Notes: generated from the sequence alone by a model not told the origin. DNA of 60,941 nt, filler included, from Dugesia japonica (GCA_001938525.1; 5 parts of 5 records of this genome joined end to end with filler, not necessarily neighbours in it), one strand, 5' to 3'. Positions 11,270 through 23,923 are shown, counted from the whole stretch's first letter. Made by a program: numbers and translations.

Positions 11270-12061
11270 GGAAGAACTGAAGAAGACAATCACAGAAGTG
11301 ATAAGACAGTGTGAAGCGTGCCAAAAGAAAAAAGTTAATACGGTGTCAACAAAAGAAACAACAGTAAAATTAGGCGCAAATTGTCCATTTGAAAAGATAT
11401 ATATGGACATATTGGGCCTTTTCGAGAGACTGTGAACAGACGAAGATATGTATGTTGAATAATAGACCAATACAGTCGATACATAAGCCTAATGGCAATC
11501 AGCAAGCAAGATGATGAGACAATTAAAAAAGTGATAATGGAAAANTGGATCCTGAGATTTGGAGCACCAAGAGAAGTTCACGTAGACAGCTGTAAGACAT
11601 TCGAATCGTAAAACTTCAAGAATCTGATGGAATCGATGAATATAGAAATACACTTTTCAAGTCCGTACCATCACAATAAAAACGGAATTATAGAGAGACA
11701 ATTCCACACAATTATAAACTGTATTAACGCAGCCGCAGATGAAGATAGAAGAAAGGATTGGAGTAACAGTATACCGGATATTGAATACATGATGAATGCA
11801 ACAAGGCAAAGGACATTGGNNNNNNNNNNNNNNNNNNNNNNNNNNNNNNNNNNNNNNNNNNNNNNNNNNNNNNNNNNNNNNNNNNNNNNNNNNNNNNNNN
11901 NNNNNNNNNNNNNNNNNNNNNNNNNNNNNNNNNNNNNNNNNNNNNNNNNNNNNNNNNNNNNNNNNNNNNNNNNNNNNNNNNNNNNNNNNNNNNATACAAG
12001 ATCACGGATAAGGTACATGAGAGAAGATATCGTATACGAAATACAAAGTGAAAAGAGCTAG
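11270..12061 (+). pseudogene. Gypsy integrase
   Basis: QCEACQK..PFEKIYMDILG..WILRFGAPREVHVD..SPYHH..NGIIER. Confidence 0.85.
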
Positions 12062-12106
12062 AAAGGAACGTAGAAAAGCTTTAAAAATTATTTTAATCGA
12101 GGGGGA

Positions 12107-12270
12107 TGTAAGGATTAAAACTTGAAAATCGCAATTTAAATTTTGAAGAAAATGTTAAAAAAGACTAAAATAATTTTTTAAAATATGATAAAAAATTTAT
12201 GACCATAATAAATAAATAAAAAATTTATTGAATTTAATGGACTTTTCAGAAAGTTTATCAGTAACTAACA
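12107..12270 (+). repeat. Putative 3' LTR
   Basis: Starts TG right after the polypurine tract and contains AATAAA. The end at ..TAACA 12270 is tentative. Confidence 0.5.
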
Positions 12271-12936
12271 TACATAATATATAATATATAATAATATATA
12301 ATGTTCATATTAGTATAAACAAATCTTCAAAAAATCATGCAACAAAATGTAATTTAATGCGTGTTGATTATAGGAAAATATTTAACTATTTGTATGGTAA
12401 TAAAATTAAAGTTGATATAAAACAACCGACTACTAAAAAATGATTTTCTTTACCAGAATCAAGTATTTGATCAGTGAAAACGGAAAAAGATTAAAAAAAC
12501 TTAATATAATTGGATACTTCAGAAAGATGTATTGAAGTGTTGGTTATCAGCAACATTTTTATTTGATGATAATAAAAAAAATCAAGAATCTATCGAAGTA
12601 TGGATTTACTTATAAAGTAGATCAACCAGAATTAAAATTTTACAAAGTTAAAATCCTTAACTCTAAGATTCCATATTTTAATTTCAGAAGTGAGGTAGAA
12701 AATATTACAATCTAGATTTTAACAGGTTTTTATAAATTACCATTTATTTAAATTACTACGAGTAAGAAAATTAAAGCATATATTGGAAATGAACAGATAG
12801 AGGAAATAAGAATTTTTACTAATAACCTTATTAGTTATGGACCGCTGGTTGTAAACCTTTAGATATTGACTTAACCGAATGAAAATTGTTTCACCATAAC
12901 TATTTGCATAAATTATTTATTAAAGTGAAAACTTAC

Positions 12937-15900
12937 AGGATCAAGTAAAAGTATCAAATCAATTATATTTTGACGACCTTCCCGTTTGGCAAGTTCGATA
13001 AGAGAATCTCCGTTCTGACACGATTAAATATATTCCAAATAATAATTATTAATAAATTACTTCTGTCAAAGCGTTCATGTTGCATTTATTATCAAACAAT
13101 ATTTTTATAATATCAATATAACCATATTTACAAGCCAAATGTATCGGTTGATATCCATTCTAAATCATCATTTATTCATAAAGCATTTTGTATATAACAA
13201 ATAAAATTACATAACCAGATGCATTGATATCACATTTGTTTTCAATCAAAATTTTCACAATATCAATATGACCATTCCAACATGCAAAATGTATCGGTTG
13301 ATATCCATTCTAAATTTTCATTTATTCATAAATAATTTAGAAAATAACAAATTAATTACTTTTTCAGATGATGTAATATCACATTTGTTTTCTATCAATA
13401 TTTTCACAATATCCACATAACCATTCCAACAAGACAAATGTATCGGTTGATATCCATTCTAATTTGCGATTTATTCAAAAATTAATTATTAAAATGAATT
13501 AAATGACTTTATTAGATGCATTAATATCACATTTCTTCGCAACCAATATCTTCACAATATCGACACAACCATACTTCAAAGCAAAATGAATAGGTCTATT
13601 TTCATACTAAGTTATCATGTATTTATAAATTATTAAGTATAAAAAACAAATGAATAACTTTATCACAGGCATTGAAATCACAATTGGTTTCTTTCAATAT
13701 TTTTACAATATCAATATGACCATTCTCACAGGCCAAATGTATCAATTTATTTCCCCACTATATTATCATTTATTCATAAATTATCAACCAATAACTTACT
13801 TTATCTGATGCATTCATATCACATTTATTTGCAATCAATAGTTTCACAATATCAATATGACCATTCTTATAAGCAAAATGTATCGGTTTATTTCCATTCT
13901 AAATAATCAATTATTCCTAATTTATTTAGTAAATAAAAAATATAAAAACCTTATCAGATGCATTGATATCACATTTATGATCTATCAATATTTTCACAAT
14001 ATCAATAAAACCATTCTTAGAAGCATAGTGTATTGGTTGACATCCATCCTAAATAATCGTATTATATTATTTGTAACATATTATTTGAATAAATAACAAA
14101 TGCATTACTTCATCAGATGCATGGATATCACAGTACTTTTTTAACAATATTTTCACAATATCAATATGCTTATACATTAAAGCCAAATGTATGGGCTTAC
14201 AACCCAACTAAATTATCATTTATCATGAAATCAATTCGTCAATAACAAATATAATACTTTAGCAGATGCATTGATATCACATTCATTTTCAATCAAAAAT
14301 TTAACAATATCGATACTACCAAGAATACAGGCCAAATGTATCGGTTTAAATCCATTCTAAATTATCATATATTCAGAAACTATTTGCTAAATAAATATAT
14401 TACATAAACAGATGCATTGATATCACATTTTTTTGAAATCAATATTTTCAAAATATCTAAATGACCCTTTTTACAGGCCAAATGAATCGGTTGATCTCCA
14501 TCCTAAATTATCATTTATTCACAAATTATATAGACAAAATCAAATAAATTACTTCATCAAATGCATTGATATCACATTTATATTCCAAATATATTTTCAC
14601 AATATCAATATAATCATTCTTATAAGCAAAATGTATAGGTTTATTTCCATTCTAAATTTTCGTTTATTCAAAAATTATTTAGTAAACAACAAATAAATTA
14701 CTCTATCAGATGCATTGATATTACATTTGTTTTCTATCAATAATTTTACAATATCAGTATTACCATTCTTAGATGCAAAATGTATTGGTTGATATCCCCA
14801 CTAAATTATAATTTTATCGTAAATACTTTAATAAATAACAAATAGACTACAATTTTATCAGATACATTAATATCACATTTGTTTGCTATCAATAATTCAA
14901 CAATATCAATATGACCATTCTTGAAAGCAAAATGTATCGGTTTATTTCCATTCTAAGTTATAGTTTATTCTTAAATTATTTAGTATAAAGAAAATAAATT
15001 ACTTTATCAGATGCATTAATATCACAGTGGCTTTCTAATAAAATTTTCACATTGTCAATATAACCATTCTTACACGCCAAATGAATTGGTTTATTTCCGT
15101 TCTAATTCATGGATTCATGAATTATTTATTAAGTAACAAATACATTACTTTATCATATGTGTTGATATCGCATTTGTTTGCAATCAATATCTGAACAATA
15201 TCTTTATAACCATTTTTAAGAGCCAAATGTATTGGTTGATATCCGTCCTAATTTATCATTTATTCGTAAATACTTTAGTAAGTAAATAAATTACAAATTT
15301 ATCAGATGCATTGATATCACATTTGTATTTTATCAACATTTTCACAATATCAATATGACCATTCTCACAGGCAAAATGAATTGGCTTCTTTCCATCCTAA
15401 ATTATTAATTAATAAATTATTAAAAAAACAACGAATAAATTACTTTATCAAATGCATCGATATCACACTTCTTAGAAATCAATATTTTAACAATGTCAAT
15501 ATGACCATTCCTAGAGGCTAAATGTATCGGTTGATATCCCCACTAAATTATCATTAATTGCATACATTATCTAGTAATTAACAAATAAATTACTTTGTCA
15601 GTAGCATTCATATCACAATTGTTATCGATCAGTATTTTCACAATATCAATATAACTATTCTTAAAAGCCAAGTGTATCGGTTTATATCCATACTAAATTT
15701 CCATTTATTCAAAAATTATTTGTTAAATCAAAAATACGTTACTTTATCAAATACATCGATATCACATTTGTTTTTTATCAATAATTTTACAATATCAATA
15801 TGACCATTCTCACAGGCCAAATGTATCGGCTTATTTCCATACTAAATTATTATTTATACATAATTGTTTAGTAAAAAACAATTAAATTACTTTATCAATT

Positions 15901-18900
15901 GTATTTACATTACATTTATTTTCAATCAACAATTTCACAATATCAACATGACCCCTCTCACTGGCCAAATGTATCAATTCATTTTCATCCTAAATTAACA
16001 TTAATTAATACATTATTTAGTAAATAACAAATAAATTACATAATTAAATGTATTGATATCACATTTGTTTGTAATCAATATTTTCACAATATCAATATAT
16101 CCATTTTTATAAGCAAAATATATTGGTTTATTTTGATTCTAAATTATTATTTGCTCATATATTACCTAGTAAAAAACAATTAAATTACTTTATCAGTTGC
16201 ATTGAAATCACATTTGTGTTCTATCAATATTTTCACAATATCAATATGACCATTCTCACAGGCATAATGTATCGGTTTAATTCCATTCTAATTTATGATT
16301 TATCAATAAATAATTTAATAAATTTAATATAATGTTTTGTTTTTTGTGGTTACTGTGTGTTTATTATAATTTTTGTGTCGTCTGTTATATTATATAACAT
16401 GATTTACAGGGGGGTTATGGAAACGATCGGTGCCACTCATATCCGGATTTTAAAATAGCTATGTAAAATTTAAACAAATTCAACTTTTCACTTGACTTTT
16501 CTTAAACTTCCACCCAAACTGGCTATCCCGAGAAAATTATCATTCAAATACTCCATAAACTTAACCTTGTAAAGAAATAAATGACTAAATCGTCAAAAAC
16601 TGACCAAAACAAACTAATTTGAGAAAAATTCAATCAATATTACCTAAACCGGGTAAATAATTAACCATTTCTGAGGAAATAATTGACAAATTTCATCAAG
16701 AATTACCCTTCTTAGCAAATAATTAACCAAGTTTGTCTATACTGAGTAAATAATTGACCAAATTGTCCAAAACTGACCCAAATTGATTAATCCCAAGGAA
16801 AATTTCAGCCAAATTGCCCAAAAATGAACCAACTTAACAATTCCTGAGAAAATAATTGACTGAATCACCCAAAAATGACCCGAACCGAGCAATCTCGAGG
16901 AAATATTGAACCAAATCATCTAAAAATTACTCTAGACCGTTAAAAAATTGACAATATTCGACCTCACCAAGAAAACTTTCAACCAATTTCACCTTAGTCA
17001 CCCAAAAATTACCAATCCCGAGGATAGATTCGACCAATTCATCCAATAAATTACCCAAACCGAGCAATTCTGAGGAAATATTAGACTAAATTTACCTGAA
17101 CCAACCAAAAAGTCACCTCATTCGACTTCACTGAATAAATTCCCAACTAAAATGCTTGAAAAAATTCTTCTGCTTAAAAGCCTAAAGAATTTTCGCAACT
17201 AAATACACAGGGAAATACTAAAACAGTTGATCCTATTACATAAAATTTCACCGATTAAATTAATCTCATGACATAATTTGTGTGCAAAAAATTTTTCCAA
17301 CTAAATTTACAGGGAAATACGAAAACAGTAACGTAATATTGACCAAATGATACAATTTATGATGAAATTTTTAAATTCCCAACTAAATGCATTAGGATTA
17401 TGTTTCGTTACATCATTTATTCTGGTGGGTTCACACACACCTTGGAATGTGTGTGGTGCGGAGTGCCGGTATATATCTACTGATAACCTATACCATAAAT
17501 CATACAACAGTGCAATGTGTTTTCGCTAGTGGATGGTTCAGTGTGCTCACATTTACCTATTTTGCTTTAATAATACTCAATTGAAAAATAGCAAACGCGT
17601 TTATTTATTTCTACAACTTAAACAAAATCCGGAATATATACAGCTAAATAAAACAAACTCAAGATCTAACAATTTTCATAAAGATTTTTTAGCAAGGAAT
17701 ATTTCCTGAAATATGAGAAATTCTAACAGGCAGAAATACAGATAATCTGAAAACAATGGAAAAAATTCAGATAAGATAAATGAAGAAAGGTTTCCTACAA
17801 TCTACAGTACAAAGATATACAATACATATCAAAAGAACGCACTTGATGAACCAAAACAACAACAACACGGAGATAACAATAAAATATCTTACCGCCAAAA
17901 TGAACAAAATGTTCACTAAAAATAAGGAAATCTGGAAAAAAAATTAAATTAAATTAGAAATTCCCGCACACGAGAACGAGATCACAGCCATTAATAAATT
18001 ACAATAGTAAATCACATCTTAAAGACTTCCTACAAAACCTATTCAATTCAAGGAATTAACACTCCCGAAATTTATTCAGGAACTATGATAACAAAAAAAC
18101 CAATATACACTACTTTCACAATAAACTTCGTTAAAGAAAAACAAAAATGTTACCAGTGGTAGCACCAACATTCAGTGATAATCATCACACTATCACAGTG
18201 AATCTATCAGTATAGATTTTTTAATTCCATACAGGACATGTTATTTCCCTAATTCCTCTATCAAATATTGAACAACTGTTTAAAAACACAAAATATCAAC
18301 TGCAGTCAATGGTTCAACAACTAACACGTTTGGTGACAAGTAATTAGAAATGATCGTTAACAACAGACCCTTTAAATGGACCTTTACAATCGCTGAAGTT
18401 CAAAAGGCAATACTACGAGAAAATTTCCAGACATCTTATCAACATTTAGTAGATTTACACAATAGGAAACTAATACGACGCAGAAACAAGTAAACCCAAA
18501 CAAATACAATGCAGTTCAACAGAACAATTCAAAATAAAATTGATATTGTGTTGAACATAGTATTTATAACTCAAAAATTCCAGATAAAATAACCAAATTA
18601 CTAAAAAAACATAAAATCATCACTGAAAATATAGAAATAACAAGAAATATTTTGTGAATCGCAGAACATGCTTTCATAACTAATGGTAACTCTATCAACT
18701 CAAAAGTTAGACAGCTTGACTCTAACAAAAATGAAATCGCAAAACTAATCTTTACAAACCTAGAAACAAACAATATCGTTAAAAGATCCAAATTAACCTG
18801 GTCATATGCGTTAATGCTCAACAGAAAGCAAACGGATATTGAAGAGCTTGTGGTAAATATCGAATTAGAATAAAATAGCTTATCTACAAATGCTTACTAT

Positions 18901-21081
18901 CAATTATCAAAGACATAATAATCGGGATAATTGAGACTTAATTACTTTCAAAGATGACTTACCAAATGTATATCATTACATCCAAATCAAAAATGAAAAT
19001 GTAGCAAAACTGAAATTATTACATCCATTGGGATGTATGAGAACAACATGGGGTTTTTGGGCTTAGAAATACACCTTCCACATTTCCAAAACTCATGAAC
19101 CAAATGTTTAAAGATAAAAACACATTATAATATTTAGATATTTTAATTGCGAGTCCTACGACGAAACAATATTTAACAGAGATAGAACAAGTATTCAAAA
19201 CACTATACAGTAATAACTTAAAATTAACCACAAAGAAATTTGAATAAATCAAAAGAAATTGAATTCGTGGAATATACATTAAATCACATAGATACAAAAC
19301 TTATAGAAAACAAGCTAAATAATATCAGAAGATATGAATTACAAAAAAACCATAAGAAAATTCAGAGGATCCCTGGGAATTTTAAGGTTTTACCATTCTT
19401 ACATTGATAAAAACCATTTCAATCAGCGATGTGTATTCCATTTTAATCAAAAACCTTCAATCTTTCTATAACTGTCATTATTCCCCATTCTTAGAACTTA
19501 TTGGCTTTATTTTCCAAAAAACAAATTATCGTGCCTTTTAACGGACTTATCATAAATTATGATAGATAACAATATTATATAACTATGAATATATAAATCC
19601 CGAAATCAAAATTTTAATACAGAAAAGAACAATTAATTACTTCGTCAGATACATTGATATCACATTTGTTAACTATCAATATTTTCACGATATCAATATG
19701 ACCATTTTTACATGCCAAATGTATTGGTTTGTAACCATTCTTAATTACAATTTATTCAAAAATTATGAAGTATTTAACTAAAAAAAAATACTTCATCAGA
19801 TGAATTAATGTCACATTTTTTTGAAATCAATATATTTACAATATCTATAAGACCATTCATACAGGCCAAATGTATCGGTTGATATCCATTCTAAAGTAAC
19901 ATTTATATATGCATTATTTAATTAAAAAGCATATAAATAACATATTTATCAGATGAATTCAGAGTACATTTGTTTTCTATCAATATGCTCACAACACCAA
20001 TATGACCATTTTTACAGGCAAAATATATCGGTTTATTCCCATACTAAGTTAACAATTATTCAAAATTTAGTAAAAAACAAATAAATTACTTTATCACATA
20101 CATTGATATCACATTTTTTAGCAATCAAAATTTTAACTATATCAATATGGCCATTCTTACAGGCATAATGTATTGGTTGATAGCCCTTCTAAATTAAAAT
20201 TTATTCATAAATTATTTATTAAATAATTAATAAAATACTTCATCCGATGAATTGATATCACATTTTTTTTCTATCAACATTGTCACAATATCAACATAAC
20301 CATTCCTATAGGCCAAATGTATTGGTTGATATCCATTCTAAATTATCATTTATTCACAAATTATTGAAAAAAGAACAAAAAAAATTACTTTACTAAATGC
20401 ATTGATATTACATTTATTTTCTATCAACATTTTCAAAATATCAATATTATTATTCATACAGGCCAAATGTATTGGTTGATATCCATTCTAAATTATCATT
20501 TATTCAAATATTATTTAGTGAATATCAAATAAATTACTTCGTCAAATGCATTAAAATCACATTTATTTTTTATCAACCTTTTCACAATATCAATATGACC
20601 ATACTTATAGGCCAAATGTATCGGTTGATATCCTTTCTAAATTGTTATTTATTCTTAAATTATTTAAAATATGATAAATTACATATTTATCAGAAAAATT
20701 GATATCACAATTGTTTTCTATCAATATTTTCACAATATCAATATGACCATTCTGGAATGCAAAATGTATCGGTTGGTATCCATTCTAAATTATAATTTAC
20801 TAATAAATTATTTAGTAGATAAAAAATAAATTACTTTATCAGATACATTGACATCACATTTTTTTTCTATCAATAATTTTAGAATATCAATATGACCATT
20901 CTTAGAGGCATAATGTATCGGTTGATATCCATTCTAAATTTTCATTTTTAAAAAATAATTAGGTAAATAACCCGTAAATTACTTCATCATATACATTGAT
21001 ATCACATCGGTTTTCTATCAATATTTTCACAATATCAATATGACCATTTTTATAGGCAAAATGTATCGGTTTATATCCATT
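12937..21081 (-). CDS. Spliced multi-ankyrin-repeat host gene, one repeat per exon (at least 32 ANK exons plus a C-cap exon; 5' end missing, 3' end unresolved)
   Basis: Exons, all AG|exon|GT, phase 0 and stop-free: 20983-21081, 20835-20933, 20683-20784, 20538-20636, 20389-20487, 20239-20337, 20090-20188, 19942-20043, 19792-19890, 19641-19739, 16189-16287, 16040-16138, 15891-15989, 15743-15841, 15594-15692, 15444-15542, 15295-15396, 15149-15247, 15003-15101, 14851-14952, 14702-14800, 14553-14651, 14404-14502, 14258-14356, 14109-14207, 13950-14048, 13800-13898, 13659-13757, 13508-13606, 13360-13458, 13211-13309, 13061-13159. Cap exon 12937-13014 reads NGDSLIELAKREGRQNIIDLILLLDP. Repeat consensus NGYQPIHLACKNGHIDIVKILIENKCDINASDK. 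Confidence 0.93.
13061..16320 (-). repeat. ~150-bp tandem array A: 22 units of ANK exon plus ~50-nt intron
   Basis: Unit spacing is about 141-159 nt, and the introns are also homologous to each other. Confidence 0.95.
16555..17130. repeat. Degenerate short-period repeat tract (ccaaaa/aattgacc-like) inside the enlarged ANK intron
   Basis: Recurrent aataattgacc, ttaccc and ccgag words. Confidence 0.5.
17165..17335 (+). repeat. Dispersed repeat homologous to 29865-30035
   Basis: Shared words gcttaaaagcctaaa, tcctattac, aaattaatctcatgac, tttgtgtg and aactaaat..cagg in the same order. Confidence 0.75.
17540..19400 (+). mobile_element. Heavily decayed Ty3/Gypsy gag-pol remnant in the ANK intron
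   Basis: Fragments TAVNGST.NTFG, FKWTFTIAEVQKAIL, SKVRQLD..IAK and GLRNTPSTFPKLMNQMF, with many stops and frameshifts. Confidence 0.7.
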
Positions 21082-21101
21082 CTAAATTACGACTTATTCA
21101 T
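19641..21101 (-). repeat. ~150-bp tandem array B: 10 units of ANK exon plus intron
   Basis: Same unit as array A. Confidence 0.95.
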
Positions 21102-22614
21102 TGTCAGGATAAGTAAATAAATATCTTTAAGTTTTCAATTTTCAAAATTAATTAGAAATTAAAAANNNNNNNNNNNNNNNNNNNNNNNNNNNNNNNNNNN
21201 NNNNNNNNNNNNNNNNNNNNNNNNNNNNNNNNNNNNNNNNNNNNNNNNNNNNNNNNNNNNNNNNNNNNNNNNNNNNNNNNNNNNNNNNNNNNNNNNNNNN
21301 NNNNNNNNNNNNNNNNNNNNNNNNNNNNNNNNNNNNNNNNNNNNNNNNNNNNNTATGTCTAATTGAGTATCTATGCTTTGCTTCTAATATAGTGACAGCG
21401 ATTAATTCAGATAGTATTATGGATAGAATGATGCTTGTTATGTTTAGAAGACATTGAAAATATTGAAAGATTCATATAGATGTATGAAATGTATTTCGAT
21501 GTTAAGAACATAAGCAATACAAAAGAGCAGGAAAGTTTGGTAACTTGCTTGATAGAAGAATGGTTAGCGAAATACATGGAAACGTTTCAAAAAACATAAG
21601 GATTTGTGTCTCGGCATCCCAGGGCATTTGAAATAATAAGAAATATGATTCGGGATTTTAAAGATCTATTTAAATTCAGGCGATAATATGAAGATATGGA
21701 AACTTATANNNNNNNNNNNNNNNNNNNNNNNNNNNNNNNNNNNNNNNNNNNNNNNNNNNNNNNNNNNNNNNNNNNNNNNNNNNNNNNNNNNNNNNNNNNG
21801 GGTAATAGTCGAATATAAAAAGTTTTACTGAGAAAAATAAAGGAAATTTATGGTATTAAAAATACTTTACGATTAATCGACAAATTAGAAACTAAAAGAG
21901 AACAAATTAATGTAATACAAGGTGCTCCAAAAGAGATGACACAGTTTAAACAGATAGACGTTTGTATACAGAGAAGGAATATATTGGTTGCAGACAAATG
22001 GGATGTGGATCAGATGGATATTGTAAAACAAAAATCAATATGAAAGGAGATCCAATACAGACAACCAATAGGTTTGGAAAACTGTATTATAATAGAATAA
22101 GAAGACGATGCAATTCTCACTGTAATTCAGCATTGCTATGCGCATGGAAGAAAGATAGACAGGACATCCAGTAATGTTTGGATTTCAGGAAGCTAATTAA
22201 TATTACAGAGAAACAAGCATTTCCCACGACAAATATTGAAGAGATGCTTGATATGTTGAATTTGATGACTTACTTCGGCACAAGTAGAGTTGAATAGTGA
22301 ACAGTAGGATAAGACAACAATCTCAATTAGACAAGGCTAGTATTGCTTCAACAGAATGCCGTTTGGTATAGCAGCAGCATCTGATATGTTTCAGAAGCTG
22401 GTGCTAAAGGTACAGAGAAATCGGAGGAATACATATGCTCAAGATATTAAGGAAGACAGTTAAGATCAAGAATTAGAGAGATTATAAGAAGCTATATTTT
22501 CCGTTAAAAGGCCAAAGTTTCGAAAAGTATAAAACGTGAAGTAACGAAAGAATCAGATAGTTATTCTCTGTTCAAAGTGATGTTCATAGATTTTTGAGAC
22601 CCATGGAAGGTGAC
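21102..22614 (+). mobile_element. Decayed, internally deleted Gypsy element related to 8960-12270, inserted in an ANK intron
   Basis: Starts TGTCAGGAT (compare TGTAAGGAT at 12107) about 20 nt into a repeat intron. Contains CLDFRKL..KQAFP..NIEEML and YCFNRMPFGIAAA. Confidence 0.85.
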
Positions 22615-22714
22615 NNNNNNNNNNNNNNNNNNNNNNNNNNNNNNNNNNNNNNNNNNNNTTAATTAATTAANNNNNNNNNNNNNNNNNNNNNNNNNNNNNN
22701 NNNNNNNNNNNNNN
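22615..22714. other. Artificial contig linker
   Basis: 44 N + TTAATTAATTAA + 44 N. Confidence 0.97.
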
Positions 22715-23516
22715 AAATGCGTCAACATCTCCTCCTATTTGAAATGTGCTCGGAGGTTTAATAAAGTTTTGCCAATTTGGCGTGTTCGTCATGTTAAGTA
22801 ATAATAAGAGAGAGATAAGTAATGATATCAAAAATGTCTATTTCACAATTTGTATATATATTGGGATCAGGTATAGTAATTACCCAATTGACCTTGTTGG
22901 TAATTATATCATCAAACAGTCAAACATATCGGATTTTTCAGGCATACATGCAAACATACAAATACATAACATAAAATATTTAGTTATCATTATTATAATT
23001 AATCCCATCTCACACTAATAATAAAAAATAATTATATAAATCAACTGATTACCCTAGTAGTTGTAAAATGACGGTTTCGCGACAAGTGTTTTATTATATT
23101 TACAATACATTATTTTATCCCATGACAGGTTGGAAGGTAAACGAAAAAATAAAAATGTTATTTTTTAAAATATTTATAATTATTCTTACATGTAAAATTT
23201 TTAACATTAGATTTATGAATTTCGTCAATTTCCTCTTTTGTGTAAACTACGCCTGGTGGCTTAAATTTATTAACAAGACATAATTTTTTATGTTCTTTAA
23301 ATTTATTTTGGCTGGTCTGAAATTGTTTATTACAATAACCACATAACCATTCAAAATCAATTTTAAATCTACATTTACTTGAATTTAAATGTTTATATAA
23401 ATTAATTTTACCATCAAACTTTTCTTAACAATCATTACAAGTATATTCTTTCATTTTATTGTTTTTTAATTTTATTATATTTTTTTTTAATTTAAAAAAA
23501 TTAACCTAATTACATT

Positions 23517-23645
23517 AGTAGTGTATAAATGACAATTTCCCGATAAGTATTTATTTATATTTATAATACATTTTTTTATTCCATGATAGGTTGTAAGGTA
23601 AACGAAGGGTAGAACCTTGTCGGAAAACTGTCATTTATACATTAA
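23517..23645. repeat. ~125-bp inverted-repeat element (partial copy 23055-23145, full homolog 60445-60572)
   Basis: Arms gtataaatgacaatttcccgataag and cttgtcggaaaactgtcatttatac. Confidence 0.75.
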
Positions 23646-23904
23646 TAACATCAACTTTACATTTGTGAAGATAATCTTCATAATTCAAGGATAAGCAACC
23701 TTTAGTCTTTGAAATAATTTTTGGAATAATAGTTCTTCCATGCCATTTTTCAAAAGATATCATGTATTCATCATCATCATCTTCGATAACAACATCTTGA
23801 TATAATAGTTCTATTTCTTTCAACATTTCCATCTGTTTTTCTGACAAGATTACATCATCCATTTTGAAAAGTGTACATTGCTTACAATCATTTAATTTAA
23901 ACAA
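23635..23904 (-). CDS. Hypothetical acidic Polinton protein
   Basis: 89-aa ORF co-oriented and directly downstream of the TBP-like gene. Confidence 0.35.
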   Translation of the reverse strand: MFKLNDCKQCTLFKMDDVILSEKQMEMLKEIELLYQDVVIEDDDDEYMISFEKWHGRTIIPKIISKTKGCLSLNYEDYLHKCKVDVINV

Positions 23905-23923
23905 TGGTATTTAAATTATTAAT

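Larger units (their letters stand above)
8960..12270 (+). mobile_element. Ty3/Gypsy LTR retrotransposon, decayed and 5'-truncated
   Basis: Order is gag, protease, RT, integrase. Polypurine tract GAGGGGGA at 12099-12106, followed by TGTAAGG at 12107. Confidence 0.93.

Noticed and set aside
9369-11470. Minus-strand and alternate-frame ORFs over the Gypsy element
   Set aside because: They are shadows of gag/pol.
12440-12900. Further 3' exons of the ANK gene
   Set aside because: Several possible acceptors give different short endings; this cannot be resolved without transcripts.
13857-20702. Plus-strand ORFs in the array (13857, 14433, 16123, 20472)
   Set aside because: They are antisense shadows of the ANK exons.
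13061-21081. CRISPR array or non-coding satellite
   Set aside because: There are no unique spacers and no cas genes. Units decompose into stop-free ankyrin exons and GT-AG introns on the minus strand.
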